Below, one piece after another: positions 1 to 12,301 of a stretch of DNA of 64,000 bases. Position 1 is the first letter of the stretch. Each line of letters starts with the position of its first letter. Origin of the DNA: Macrostomum lignano (lineage: Eukaryota); contig NIVC01002393.1 in NCBI GenBank assembly GCA_002269645.1, forward strand, positions 114,606-178,605. Direction: 5' to 3'. The notes beneath the pieces were generated by a model, which was not told where the DNA came from, ran no database searches, and saw only the letters and a program-made list of their open reading frames with translations. The position numbers and the translations under genes were made by a program.

Positions 1-345
1 CCTACTCTAACGGAGTCTCTAACACCCTGTCTAACACACTCACTCTAACACAGTCTCTAACACTCTGTCTAACACACCCACTCTAACACAGTCTCTAACA
101 CTCTGTCTAACACACCCACTCTAACACAGTCTCTAACACTCTGTCTAACACACCCACTCTAACACAGTCTCTAACACTCTGTCTAACACACCCACTCTAA
201 CACAGTCTCTAACACTCTGTCTAACACACCCACTCTAACACAGTCTCTAACACTCTGTCTAACACACCCACTCTAACACAGTCTCTAACACTCTGTCTAA
301 CACACTCACTCTAACAGAGTGTCTAACACCATGTCTAACACCCAC
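1..345. repeat. 38-bp minisatellite in a UPB1 intron
   Basis: Unit ctaacacagtctctaacactctgtctaacacacccact, about 8 copies. Confidence 0.95.
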
Positions 346-398
346 AATTTTGTTTCTTATTTAATTAGAATATATTGTGTCTATCTTCTCTCCTACAG

Positions 399-1698
399 GA
401 GAATTTCGCTCACGAGTTCACTTCCGGTGACGGCAGGAGTGCTCACCATGATTTTGGTCATTTCTACGGTTCATCGTACGTGACTGCTCCTAACGGGGCG
501 CGGAGTCCTGTGAGTTCCGTTTCTGTGCAAGATAGATGATTTAAGATTATGCAAAATCACCCAACAGACAGGGACGCCCACCAACAGACAGGGACGCCCA
601 CCAAGAGACAGGGGCGCCCACCAAGAGTCAGGGGCACCCACCAACAGACAGGGGCACCCACCAAGAGACAGGGGCACCCACCAAGAGACAGGGGCACCCA
701 CCAAGAGACAGAGCACCCACCAAGAGACAGGGGCACCCACCAAGAGACAGGGGCGTCCACCAAGAGACAGGGGCACCCACCAAGAGACAGGGGCACCCAC
801 CAAGAGACAGGGGCACCCACCAAGAGACAGGGGCACCCACCAAGAGACAGGGGCACCCACCAAGAGACAGGGGCACCCACCAAGAGACAGTGGCACCCAA
901 CAACGAGACAGTGGCACCCAACAACGAGACAGCGGCACCCAACAACGAGACAGCGGCACCCAACAACGAGACAGTGGCACCCAACAACGAGACAGCGGCA
1001 CCCAACAACGAGACAGTGGCACCCAACAACGAGACAGCGGCACCCAACAACGAGACAGCCCCCCCCCCCTAAAACATAGGGATGCGCACCTAAGATAGTG
1101 TTAACTGAAAAAAATAACTTACGAAGATCCATAAATTTTTCAGTCACAGTAATATTGCAAATTGGATAAAATGCTATATAAAAATTTGTAATTGGTTCAC
1201 AACTGTGAGTTGTTGCATCTGATTGGGAATATTTTGTTGCAATTTTGATTGGAGTAATCAATTTTTAAAAAAATCAATTCCCCTCCTAAACTCTCAGGGC
1301 CTGTCGCGGGTGTCAGACGGCCTGCTGGTAGTCGAAGCAGACTTGAACCTCTGCCGCCAGGTCAAGGACCAATGGGGCTTTCGGGTGAGTATAAAGTACA
1401 GCGCGACCGCGATTTCAAATTAATGCGAAAAATTAAATAGATTAACAAAAATACAAAATAAAAAATTATTGATTATTAAGAATACTATACAAGCAGGGTC
1501 ATTTTCTGCTTACGACTATTATCTTTATGAACTGGATCGCATCATTGTGTTGTATTTTTAAACTCGCCCTTAGAAGGGCCGTTTTACTAATTTCAAAATT
1601 TTCTATTGCAGATGACGCAGCGATTGGATCTCTACGCTGAGAGTTTAGCCAAAGCCGTGAAGCCGGACTTTCAGCCGCAAATTATAGCGGAAAAATAA
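399..1698 (+). CDS. UPB1: Beta-ureidopropionase, last three coding exons (399-509, 1298-1384, 1612-1698); 5' part lies outside the window
   Basis: Hand-spliced across AG/GT sites, all phase 0: [37 protein letters not shown]|[29 protein letters not shown]|[28 protein letters not shown]. This matches the C-terminus of animal beta-ureidopropionase (EFTSGDG..AH.DFG.FYGSSY motif). Confidence 0.95.
560..1060. repeat. 20-bp minisatellite switching to a 21-bp variant, in a UPB1 intron
   Basis: ccaagagacaggggcaccca to about 890, then caacgagacagtggcacccaa. Confidence 0.95.
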
Positions 1699-2879
1699 AA
1701 AGATCAATTTGGCTTTGGCTAAAATTCAATTAATTACTTTGTTGCCAGTTTATATAAACGACATATAAAAGCTTTCTAGAATTTTTTGTATTGAAGCATT
1801 AATTATATATGATAGAAATCATGATCTTTGTTGCTAACAAATTACTTAACCAGTAAAATTTTAAAATATAACAGTATAATTAATCAATTGTTAATCTGGA
1901 TTTTAGTATCGGCGATTATAATGACAATAAAGGTCATTCGAAAGGTCCGGTGCTTTTTTGACTTTGTTTGATCCCTACGAGCGTACTTTAACGTATTGAT
2001 TATTGGAAAAATCAAAACGGCCCTTTTGAGGCACGCAGCTAATAAAAATTTACGTATTGAAGAAAAACTAGAAGGCCTGTTGATTTCACTAAAAATTTGT
2101 AGTAGAATATGTTATAGCGTATGGCTTATGGTCGGATGATCAGAGAGGAAAGTAAAAGATACGAGTAAGAGAAGAGAAGAGAGCTAAGAGAGAAGCTATA
2201 GGCGAGAGAGGAGATGAGACGAGGAGCTGAGGTGAGGTATGGGATGAAAAAAGACAGAAGATCAGAGAGAAGACAATAGAATAGAGGAGAGAAGATGAAA
2301 AGGGAGAGGGGAGAGATAAGGGGGAGAGGAGAGAGAAGAGATGACATAGATAAGAGGCGCACGCAAAAGACCACTGAGCTCTTGCGCATGTGGGAGGACA
2401 GGCGGCTGTGGTCTGGAGCGCCTGGAAGTCAGTCACAAAACAGTCAGTCAGTGTCACCGTTCGCCCTTGGCCAGGCCAACTTTAGGAAATCAAATTTTTT
2501 AAATACAAATCAACAAAATCTAAAATATGTCATTGTCTTATTGTCAAAAAATCACGATTTATTTCAATTTTTTTAAATTTTACAACTTTGTCGAATTTGA
2601 CTGAATAAACTACATTTGTTTCTTGACAATCAACATTTAAAGGGAAATCTTACCAGTTGAAGGAACTCAGGCAGTTTATACCTTGCTCAACTGCCGTGGC
2701 TTTCTGGTAGAAAGTTTTTTTAACCTATTTTCAACCCTGTACTCAGAAAGTTTTTAATTTTCACCCTCCCCAGATACTACTTAACTAGGTAGAGAGGCCC
2801 GACCTAACCTACAGTAAATTGTACTCACCTTAATTGATACAGTGAAAATTATCTGGGCTAACATCATTGATCCACGCTG

Positions 2880-3710
2880 TTACAGTCTCACCTCTCCATC
2901 TCCACCTTCCCTTTCAGTCTCACCTCTCCATCTCCACCTCCCCTCTCAGTCTCACCTCTCCATCTCCCTTCTCATTCTCACCTCTCCATCTCCCTTCTCA
3001 TTCTCACCTCTCCATCTCCCTTCTCATTCTCACCTCTCCATCTCCCTTCTCATTCTCACCTCTCCATCTCCCTTCTCAGTCTCACCTCTCCATCTCCACC
3101 TCCTCTCTCAGTCTCACTTCTCCATCTCCAACTCCCTCTCAGTCTCACCTCTCCATCTCCAACTCCCTCTCAGTCTCACTTCTCCATCTCCACCCCCTCT
3201 TACTCTCACCTCTCCATCTCCAACTCCCTCTCAGTCTCACCTCTCCATCTCCAACTCCTCTCTCAGTCTCACTTCTCCATCTCCACCCCCCTCTTACTCT
3301 CACCTCTCCATCTCCAACTCCTCTCTCAGTCTCACTTCTCTATCTCCACCCCCTCTTACTCTCACTTCTCCATCTCCACCCCCCTCTTACTCTCACCTCT
3401 CCATCTCCAACTCCCTCTCAGTCTCACTTCTCCATCTCCAACTCCCTCTCAGTCTCACTTCTCCATCTCCAACTCCCTCTCAGTCTCACTTCTCCATCTC
3501 CAACTCCTCTCTCAGTCTCACCTCTCCATCTCCAACTCCCTCTCAGTCTCACCTCTCCATCTCCAACTCCTCTCTCAGTCTCACTTCTCCATCTCCAACT
3601 CCCTCTCAGTCTCACTTCTCCATCTCCAACTCCCTCTCAGTCTCACTTCTCCATCTCCAACTCCCTCTCAGTCTCACCTCTCCACCTCCCTATCAGTCTC
3701 ACCCCTTCAC
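2880..3710. repeat. About 31-33-bp C/T-rich minisatellite
   Basis: Core cagtctcacctctccatctcca; same core as 13990-15200. Confidence 0.93.
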
Positions 3711-3769
3711 TACTAAGGGCCCCGTAACGGCGGTTTTTAGAGGTGGGGTGGGTGTTCAGGCGCCCCGAA

Positions 3770-3912
3770 ATGTATGCCACAGGCGCCCCGATATGTATGC
3801 CACAGGCGCCCGGATATATGTATGCCACAGGCGCCCCGATATGTATTCCACAGGCGCCCCGATGTGTAAGCCACAGGCGCCCCGATATGTATGCTACAGG
3901 CGCCCGGATATG
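3770..3912. repeat. About 23-bp minisatellite
   Basis: cacaggcgccccgatatgtatgc, about 6 copies. Confidence 0.9.
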
Positions 3913-4550
3913 TACTTATTGATTTTTTCAATAAGTTATCGATTTTTTAGTTATTAACAAAAGTAGACTAGTGAAAACTACTTATATTAGGTTAAATTAC
4001 GTATATTTACACAAAAAGTAGACAACACACACATTGTAGGCTGTACAAACATATTGACGCATATTAAACATATCGGTAGGCAAAGTACATATCGGTGCAT
4101 AATGCATAATACGAAACATATATAGACATAATACTCTTACAAAGCATATTTTCGATACATATCGCTTTATTAGTGTAGTAGGCGCATAATATTGTAGATT
4201 CAAGTAATAATTTCAGAAATAATGCAGCCGTATATAGATGTAGGCATAAGACATACACTGTAGATGCAAATACTGTAAGGCGTAAATTGATAAACTTTGG
4301 TACAATATGATACATATTGGAGTATATTGCAAGCAACTTTCGTTTATTATCGAAACATTGAACTCAGTCGCGAGGAATTAATGACACTATTTCAATTGCG
4401 CTATCGAGACGTCAATCAGCCAAAGGCCCCCTCCCAACAGAGGTAGGGGTGACAAATTGGGATTTTAACCCTCCAGGGAACCCCCCCCCAGTAGAAGGGT
4501 CCAAAGTACAGTGCATGCAGAGAGAAGTAACAGAGCACAAAGAGGAATAT

Positions 4551-4985
4551 GAAATTCAGGTGATGTGAATTGTGAAGGAGCGTGCAGATATTTTAGGTGT
4601 TGTGAAACTTAGGTGATATGAAATTCAGGTGATGTGAATTGTGAAGGAGCGTGCAGATATTTTAGGTGTTGTGAAACTTAGGTGATATGAAATTCAGGTG
4701 ATGTGAATTGTGAAGGAGCGTGCAGATATTTTAGGTGTTGTGAAACTTAGGTGATATGAAATTCAGGTGATGTGAATTGTGAAGGAGCGTGCAGATATTT
4801 TAGGTGTTGTGAAACTTAGGCGATATGAAATTCAGGTGATGTGAATTGTGAAGGAGCATGCAGATATTTTAGGTGTTGTGAAACTTAGGTGATATGAAAT
4901 TCAGGTGATGTGAATTGTGAAGGAGCGTGTAGATATTTTAGGTGTTGTGAAACTTAGGTGATATGAAATTCAGGTGATGTGAAGT
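4551..4985. repeat. 69-bp tandem repeat, about 6 copies
   Basis: gaaattcaggtgatgtgaattgtgaaggagcgtgcagatattttaggtgttgtgaaacttaggtgatat, near-identical copies with no spacers. Confidence 0.95.
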
Positions 4986-5387
4986 CATGTGCTTTAGGCG
5001 TTGTGAAATTTAGATCTTATGAAGCGCCCCCCCGGGTCTGTCTGGGTTATGGGGGCTAGATAACTCACCGGGTCCAGTTACAGATTCCGGTTGGGTAGGC
5101 GGGACAAACGAGTCTGAAAAAAAACACAAGTAGAAAAAAACCAGAAGAATCTGTCAATTCCTTAGACCCCTCCAACAGCCTACCCAGGCCCTAGCATGTT
5201 GCCCACGCAGCAACTCCGCCCGGCCTGTTCGAACTTGTCTAGATCGCACCCTGCCGCAGCCAGCAACTCTCAGCTCAGCCCTAGCCAGCTCTGTTTATGC
5301 AGCTGTCGCACTCCTCCCGCAGCGATTAGGCCCCCTCTCCCTCTCTCTCCTGCTGCAAAACGGCGCAAAGCTCCTTTCTCTCCTCTA

Positions 5388-5484
5388 GCTGGGGTGGCAA
5401 CCGCACGATTGGCCAGAGACTCAGAGAGACTGGGCCGAGAAAGGCCAACACCCCAACATGCGCCAGCTTATAGAAGGGTGTTAA
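5388..5484 (+). promoter_or_regulatory. Conserved upstream module, copy A (putative promoter or 5' end of the methyltransferase unit)
   Basis: gctggggtggcaac..gcacgatt..gactgg.ccgagaaag..ccccaacatg..agctta..ggg..ttaa recurs at 11684-11848 and 15471-15615. Function is inferred from position only. Confidence 0.45.
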
Positions 5485-5784
5485 TACCCTGGAACCAAAA
5501 TATGCTTGGCTGCGTTTCTCTTCGCTCTTCACCGAAGCCTTAAGCTGCAATTCAAGCACTTTAAAGCACTGTCGATCGTTATTGGCAACAGGTAAGTGGA
5601 AGTACGAGTACAATAAATACTCAGGGTTACTATATAGAAAACTGCTGCTGGTCAGATGGGAATTTATAATGCGTGCTCTGTATAAACTATATCTGTATAT
5701 ATTTAGTCTTGAGTAACTGAGTTTTAGGACAGCACTAATAATGCTACGGTCGTATTTAATATTTCCTTTTCAACAGGATACAAG

Positions 5785-6616
5785 ATGGCAGACGGCGGAG
5801 AGCCTGACGTGGAAGCCGTTGCAGAACAGCTGGCTGCCGTGAATATTCAAGACGAGCCCGTCGGAGAGCTTGTATGGGATGAATTTCCAGGTGAAATCAT
5901 AACTATCAATGAAGTCGAGTACCGTCGCATCAGACTGCGTTTAGTTCCACCGCCGCAGCCCAGCACATGCTACGTGTTCCTTGGAGACGGAGAGGGCGAT
6001 TCCAAGTTTAGCAGCGCGTTTGCAGCACTGCGCGGCTCGCCGTCGGGAATATTTTCTACTGAAATTTTGGGTCAAGAAGAACAAGAAAACACAAACGTCT
6101 GGCCCAGGCGACGGCATCTCAAGATAATAAGGGGGCCCCCCAGGTTTGAGGCCCGTGGCCCCCCCCCATCTGGAAGACAGAGAAGCGTTCTTAAATTGGC
6201 TGAATCTCGGTGTGAATCCAGATCACATCGTCCTGTGGTTCCAGTGTCCGTGGGCCTATCAGATGGGATATCCACAGGATGGGCGAGACCAGGAGCATTT
6301 TATAAGGGACATAATGGCAGCCGCGGCGAAGGTTCAAGAACCTGGCGAGCTGCTGCTCATCGGGCTGTGTGTCGTATCACCGTACGTTGAGCGGTACGGC
6401 TCACCGATAACAGCTGCAGAAGATAGCGGCTATTTATACGAGTGTCTCGGTGCCGACAAGGAATTTGTTGGCAAAATGCTGGATCGAAGATATCAGCACC
6501 AATTTAACGCAAATAGCGCAAATACACTGACACGAAACGAGCAATTCGCTACTCTGCTGTTCAAACGCCAAAACCCGCAAACAACACAGGCCCAGCACCT
6601 ACTCAAAGAAAAGTAG
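5785..6616 (+). pseudogene. BMT5/DUF2431-like SAM-dependent methyltransferase, copy A, frameshifted near 6120-6170
   Basis: ORF 5785-6390 (YVFLGDGEGDSKFSSAFAALRG) and ORF 6146-6616 (IVLWFQCPW, RDIMAAAAKVQEPGELLLIGL, RYQHQ) together are collinear with the intact copy at 15924-16769. 5'UTR intron 5592-5776 (gtaagt...caacag). The frameshift sits in G/C homopolymers and could be an assembly error. Confidence 0.7.
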
Positions 6617-6649
6617 AAAAGACAAACTCATGGCTGTTGTTTGATCATT

Positions 6650-8215
6650 AATGTAGCCGCTGTTAATTCCCTTTTTGTTATAGCCGCTGTTAATTCCCTT
6701 TTTGTTATAGCCGCTGTTAATTCCCTTTTTGTTATAGCCGCTGTTAATTCCCTTTTTGTTATAGCCGCTGTTAATTCCCTTTTTGTTATAGCCGCTGTTA
6801 ATTCCCTTTTTGTTATAGCCGCTGTTAATTCCCTTTTTGTTATAGCCGCTGTTAATTCCCTCTTTGTTATAGCCGCTGTTAATTCCCTTTTTGTTATAGC
6901 CGCTGTTAATTCCCTTTTTGTTATAGCCGCTGTTAATTCCCTTTGTTATAGCCGCTGTTTATTCCCTTTTTGTTATAGCCGCTGTTAATTCCCTTTTTGT
7001 TATAGCCGCTGTTAATTCCCTTTTTGTTATAGCCGCTGTTAATTCCCTTTTTGTTATAGGCGCTGTTTATTCCCTTTTTGTTATAGCCGCTGTTAATTCC
7101 CTCTTTGTTATAGCCGCTGTTTATTCCCTTTTTGTTATAGCCGCTGTTTATTCCCTTTTTGTTATAGCCGCTGTTAATTTTCTCTTTGTTATAGCCGCTG
7201 TTAATTCCCTCTTTGTTATAGCCGCTGTTTATTCCCTCTTTGTTATAGCCGCTGTTAATTCCCTCTTTGTTATAGCCGCTGTTAATTCCCTTTTTGTTAT
7301 AGCCGCTGTTAATTCCCTCTTTGTTATAGCCGCTGTTAATTCCCTCTTTGTTATAGCCGCTGTTAATTCCCTTTTTGTTATAGCCGCTGTTAATTCCCTC
7401 TTTGTTATAGCCGCTGTTAATTCCCTTTTTGTTATAGCCGCTGTTTATTCCCTTTTTGTTATAGCCGCTGTTAATTCCCTTTTTGTTATAGCCGCTGTTA
7501 ATTCCCTCTTTGTTATAGCCGCTGTTAATTCCCTTTTTGTTATAGCCGCTGTTAATTCCCTTTTTGTTATAGCCGCTGTTAATTCCCTTTTTGTTATAGC
7601 CGCTGTTAATTCCCTTTTTGTTATAGCCGCTGTTAATTCCCTTTTTGTTATAGCCGCTGTTAATTCCCTTTTTGTTATAGCCGCTGTTAATTCCCTTTTT
7701 GTTATAGCCGCTGTTAATTCCCTCTTTGTTATAGCCGCTGTTAATTCCCTCTTTGTTATAGCCGCTGTTAATTCCCTTTTTGTTATAGCCGCTGTTAATT
7801 CCCTTTTTGTTATAGCCGCTGTTAATTCCCTTTTTGTTATAGCCGCTGTTAATTCTTCTTGTTATAGCCGCTGTTAATTCCCTCTTTGTTATAGCCGCTG
7901 TTAATTCCCCTTGTTATAGCCGCTGTTTATTCCCTTTGTTATAGCCGCTGTTAATTCCCTCTTTGTTATAGCCGCTGTTAATTCCCTTTGTTATAGCCGC
8001 TGTTAATTCCCTTTGTTATAGCCGCTGTTAATTCCCTTTGTTATAGCCGCTGTTAATTCCCTTTGTTATAGCCGCTGTTAATTCCCTTTGTTATAGCCGC
8101 TGTTAATTCCCTTTGTTATAGCCGCTGTTAATTCCCTTTGTTATAGCCGCTGTTAATTCCCTCTTTGTTATAGCCGCTGTTAATTCCCTTTGTTATAGCC
8201 GCTGTTAATTCCCTC
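6650..8215. repeat. 27-bp minisatellite (25-bp variants distally) just 3' of methyltransferase copy A
   Basis: gttatagccgctgttaattcccttttt, more than 55 copies. Confidence 0.97.
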
Positions 8216-9854
8216 TTTATTGGCGCCAATAAATCTAAATCGAAAAGACTTGGTTTTCGTTTCTTGAACAGTAAACTCCACTTACGTCAAAAAGCTCGAA
8301 TAGTGTTCCGCTTTTTTCGGGAATGGGCTTGTCTATGGCCACACGCAAGTATCACTGGACCAATTTCTTAGAATTTTGGATTCAACTCTGATCAAATATT
8401 TAATTCAATCTGCTCAAATTTCAGACAATTCTTCCTTGTCTGGAGTTCTCCTGAATTTCCCATTATATATCCCCGAACTGTTTGATGAATATCCCGCAGA
8501 CACAGGCTGTGACTGCTTCAATTCCCCTGTGACTGAGTGCCAGATGCACCCAGGAAGTTTACTCTTTTTTAACTCATTTTGTTTATCTGCACCCAGGCGT
8601 TACCACATCTGTTTTCTCTGCCCCACCACTCTTTTACTCTCTGCCCTCCCTTAAGCTGCTCAAATTCCAATCTGTACTCAAGCTCTGCTAATTTGCCATC
8701 TGCTGCTGTTGCTAGCTAGTAGTAAATAATTATTTGCCCTAGCACCCACATCAGCAGATCAGAGCCCTTCTTAGCGGACCACATGACATCGCGCTGTTAA
8801 GAATGTGAATGTGCGCTCGAGATGGTGTCGATAGATTGGCTCAGTCCGTCCTCAGTTACAAAATTTATGGCCGAGCTCTCGAACAGAAGCTCGAGAGAGA
8901 TGCTCTCAATGTAGATCCCACACAGTGAATGCTGCTTCTCAAACCCGTTTCTCAAGCGCCCACCCCTGCCCAGCTGAACTGGGGAGCTCTGCCAACTCCC
9001 TATAGGCGCATGCAACGCAAACAAGAACGCCTCAACAATGGACTCGGGCATACACCAGAGCCTCCGATATAGCAGTATACAGGAGCCCATGCTCCTCTGC
9101 AATGCCACAGACAGCCACCAGCAGGATTTTTCAGCCCCCAGCTTGGCTTCGCTGAGAAATTGCCTCCTGACTGGCGTGGCGATCGGCTCTCCGCTCCGCC
9201 CTGCAGGTCCCGGGAGCGTTCAGAGCCCCTCTTTGGAGCACAGCCCGCATAATAATCAATACTGTGCCTGGGACAGACGGAGCTCCCAGCCAAGCATTCG
9301 TTACAGAAATTCCCAAGGCATTGCTTGGGCCACAGCATTCAGTACTGGGCAGTTGCTCAATTAGTCCAAGAAATGCAGTGAGACTCCAATTAAATATGAA
9401 ATTAAAAATACGGCAGAGAAGAGATTTTGTCAATTATGCCACTTAAGCAGTTGTTTTTGCAGATGCAGGAGTTCGCATTCCAGTGCCATAAAAGCAATGG
9501 CACCACTGTGCAACCGGCACCAATGCAGTGAACTCCCAGTCCCATCGCACTGACGGATTGGCGCAGGCCCGGAGGTCCGGGATCGAGTCCGGAGCCTTCA
9601 GCTCTTCACCCCTGGGGGTAGCCGAGCTGCTCCCAGTCACCTGAGCTCAGAGCGCGGCCAGCGATCTCACCAGAAGCACCTGGAGAGGCCAAGTAAAGCC
9701 GCTGCCAGTTGCCAGCCCGAGTGTCACCCCCATCAGGCCATAAAATCGGCATTCCTGGCGCACCTGGGAGCCGGGGGGATTCCCGCATTTACCTACGCAA
9801 GAGATGCACCGGCCGCTGCTGCCCAAGAAATGAAAAACAGTTCCCAAGCCAAAC

Positions 9855-10745
9855 ACCCAGTACTCAGACACCCAGCACTCAGACACCCAGCACTCAGACA
9901 CGCAGCACTCAGACACCCAGCACTCAGACACCCAGCACTCAGACACCCAGCACTCAGACACCCAGCACTCAGACACCCAGCACTCAGACACCCAGCACTC
10001 AGACACCCAGCACTCAGACACCCAGCACTCAGACACCCAGCACTCAGACACCCAGCACCCAGACATCCAGCACTCAGACACCCAGTACTCAGACACCCAG
10101 TACTCAGACACCCAGCACTCAGACACCCAGCACTCAGACACCCAGCACTCAGACACCCAGTACTCAGACACCCAGCACTCAGACACCCAGCACTCAGACA
10201 CCCAGTACTCAGACACCCAGCACTCAGACACCCAGCACTCAGACACCCAGTACTCAGACACCCAGCACTCAGACACCCAGCACTCAGACACCCAGCACTC
10301 AGACACCCAGCACTCAGACACCCAGCACTCAGACACCCAGCACTCAGACACCCAGCACTCAGACACCCAGCACCCAGACATCCAGCACTCAGACACCCAG
10401 TACTCAGACACCCAGCACTCAGACACCCAGCACTCAGACACCCAGCACTCAGACACCCAGCACTCAGACACCCAGCACTCAGACATCCAGCACTCAGACA
10501 CCCAGCACTCAGACACCCAGCACTCAGACACCCAGTACTCAGACACCCAGTACTCAGACACCCAGCACTCAGACACCCAGTACTCAGACACCCAGCACTC
10601 AGACACCCAGCACCCAGACACCCAGCACTCAGACACCCAGTACTCAGACACCCAGTACTCAGACACCCAGCACTCAGACACCCAGTACTCAGACACCCAG
10701 CACTCAGACACCCAGTACTCAGACACCCAGCACTCAGACACCCAA
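9855..10745. repeat. 15-bp minisatellite
   Basis: cagcactcagacacc, about 59 copies. Confidence 0.97.
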
Positions 10746-11683
10746 CCCTCACAGCCATCAGTGGCTCCCATTAGCCAAAGTTTTTGACCCCATCACAGCC
10801 AATCACTATGTCTGCAACGTACATCATGTACTTTAAAAGTGCCAGTTCAAAGTCACGTGGTTCTGCTTGGCTCCAGAGCGAACCCGCAACTCGCACTGCT
10901 CCGACTCTCCTGCAGGCTGCAGCCTGCTTTTGCTCAAAGTCTGCTCGGCTCAATGAACTCCTGTTGCATGCTGGTCTGCGCGCATTTGCCAGTCTCTGTG
11001 CTGATTTTGCATGCCAGTGAATCTGGTAAAACCGTGTGTGATTTCCGGTCAACGAAAATCATTGCTTTTTAAGAAAGAATGGTTTTTGAAGGAGCGGAAG
11101 AAAAGATACTTCGATGGACACTCGCTGTAAATGCGGTTTTGTGAATAGGGGATTGGAAGGCCGATTTTTGTTAGAGGGGCCCGCTGCATGAAAAATAGGG
11201 AAGGATTTTGGTTTGGATCATTTTTAGTTCGGCCGGATATACGCTGCATCAGTTCAGTGGGAGAATATCCGGTCATTTCTTCGGACAAGTGACACCAACT
11301 TTACATATCCGGATGTTTTGTTCGGATATTATAGTTCTGTTGGATTTGTTTGAGTGTCACTTTTCGATTGAGCATTATCCGCGCTGTTCCAATCTGCCAG
11401 TTCTTCAATCGCCTGTCTGGCTGCTGTTTGTGGAACAATCCATGTGCCAAGAACAGAACTTGAGTGTCTGAGGGTAAGGAATAAAACAAGTTCGGATCTC
11501 CAACCTGCAATGCTACTTCGGCGCGCAGAAATGCCACCGCAACTTTTCCTAAAGCTGTGCTTTCACATGTTGAGCACACGATGTAGCAGTAGCAGCAACA
11601 GCTGCAGCAGAGGCAGCAATCGATAGGAGGAGAGGGAGAGGAGGAGAGGGACAGGGGAGTACAGGGGACATCGAACAGGAGAG

Positions 11684-11848
11684 GGAGAGGGGAGTAAAGA
11701 GTCAAGCTGTCACCCCCCCCCCTCAAGCTGGGGTGGCAACACGCACGATTTGCCGGACAGACTGGCTGAGAAAGGGGGGAACTCATGAACGTACAGCTTG
11801 GCCATGGTACGACACACCCCAACATGTGCGAGCTTAGTAGGGTATTAA
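11684..11848 (+). other. Solo copy C of the methyltransferase upstream module, with no gene downstream
   Basis: ggagaggggagtaaagagtcaagctg...gctggggtggcaacacgcacgatttgccggacagactggc...ccccaacatgtgcgagcttagt is closely similar to 15471-15615. Confidence 0.8.
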
Positions 11849-12301
11849 CAGTAGAACTACCAAGAGGGGGGGGGAAATTCCCCCCCCCCTGACAATTTTT
11901 TTTGCTGCGCCGGAACGGAGCAACGCAGGCACACAAAATTCAAGAACACGGGCTAACTTTTTGTTGCGCACCTTCTCAAACAAGAATCAAGTCGCCAACC
12001 CTCCGGACCGTCGAGATATTCGACGATTCTGCCAGAAGGTCGGATTTTTCTCATAAGCGCTAGTGTATTCAGTACACCCCTGTGCGCCAAATAGCACTGC
12101 GCCTCAGTGCAGCTTTGCCAAGTCTCCAAATTTCATCAGCACGTCGACCAAATGTGTCTGCATCAGCTCTGACTTCGTTGGTTACTGGCCTTCACCGAGA
12201 CGGAGCTTCTAGACCTTCAACAGGTGGCACCAGGTGACTATGAACACCTTGATGCGAATTTCTCTAGTTTCACCGATCAAGCCTCGACAGTAGGCAAGCC
12301 T

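Noticed and set aside
4335-4445. Possible plus-strand exon ATFVYYRNIELSREELMTLFQLRY
   Set aside because: A single short frame with no partner exons and no recognisable family.
4551-4985. Regular repeat arrays as a possible CRISPR locus
   Set aside because: Units are head-to-tail with no unique spacers, there are no cas genes and the DNA is eukaryotic.
9647-10836. Long ORFs over tandem arrays (also 471-1261, 2842-3957, 13736-15227, 17363-19519, 22184-24098, 39759-40618, 47433-48235)
   Set aside because: They are translations of minisatellites, open in several frames and on both strands, and many lie in introns of fully modelled genes.
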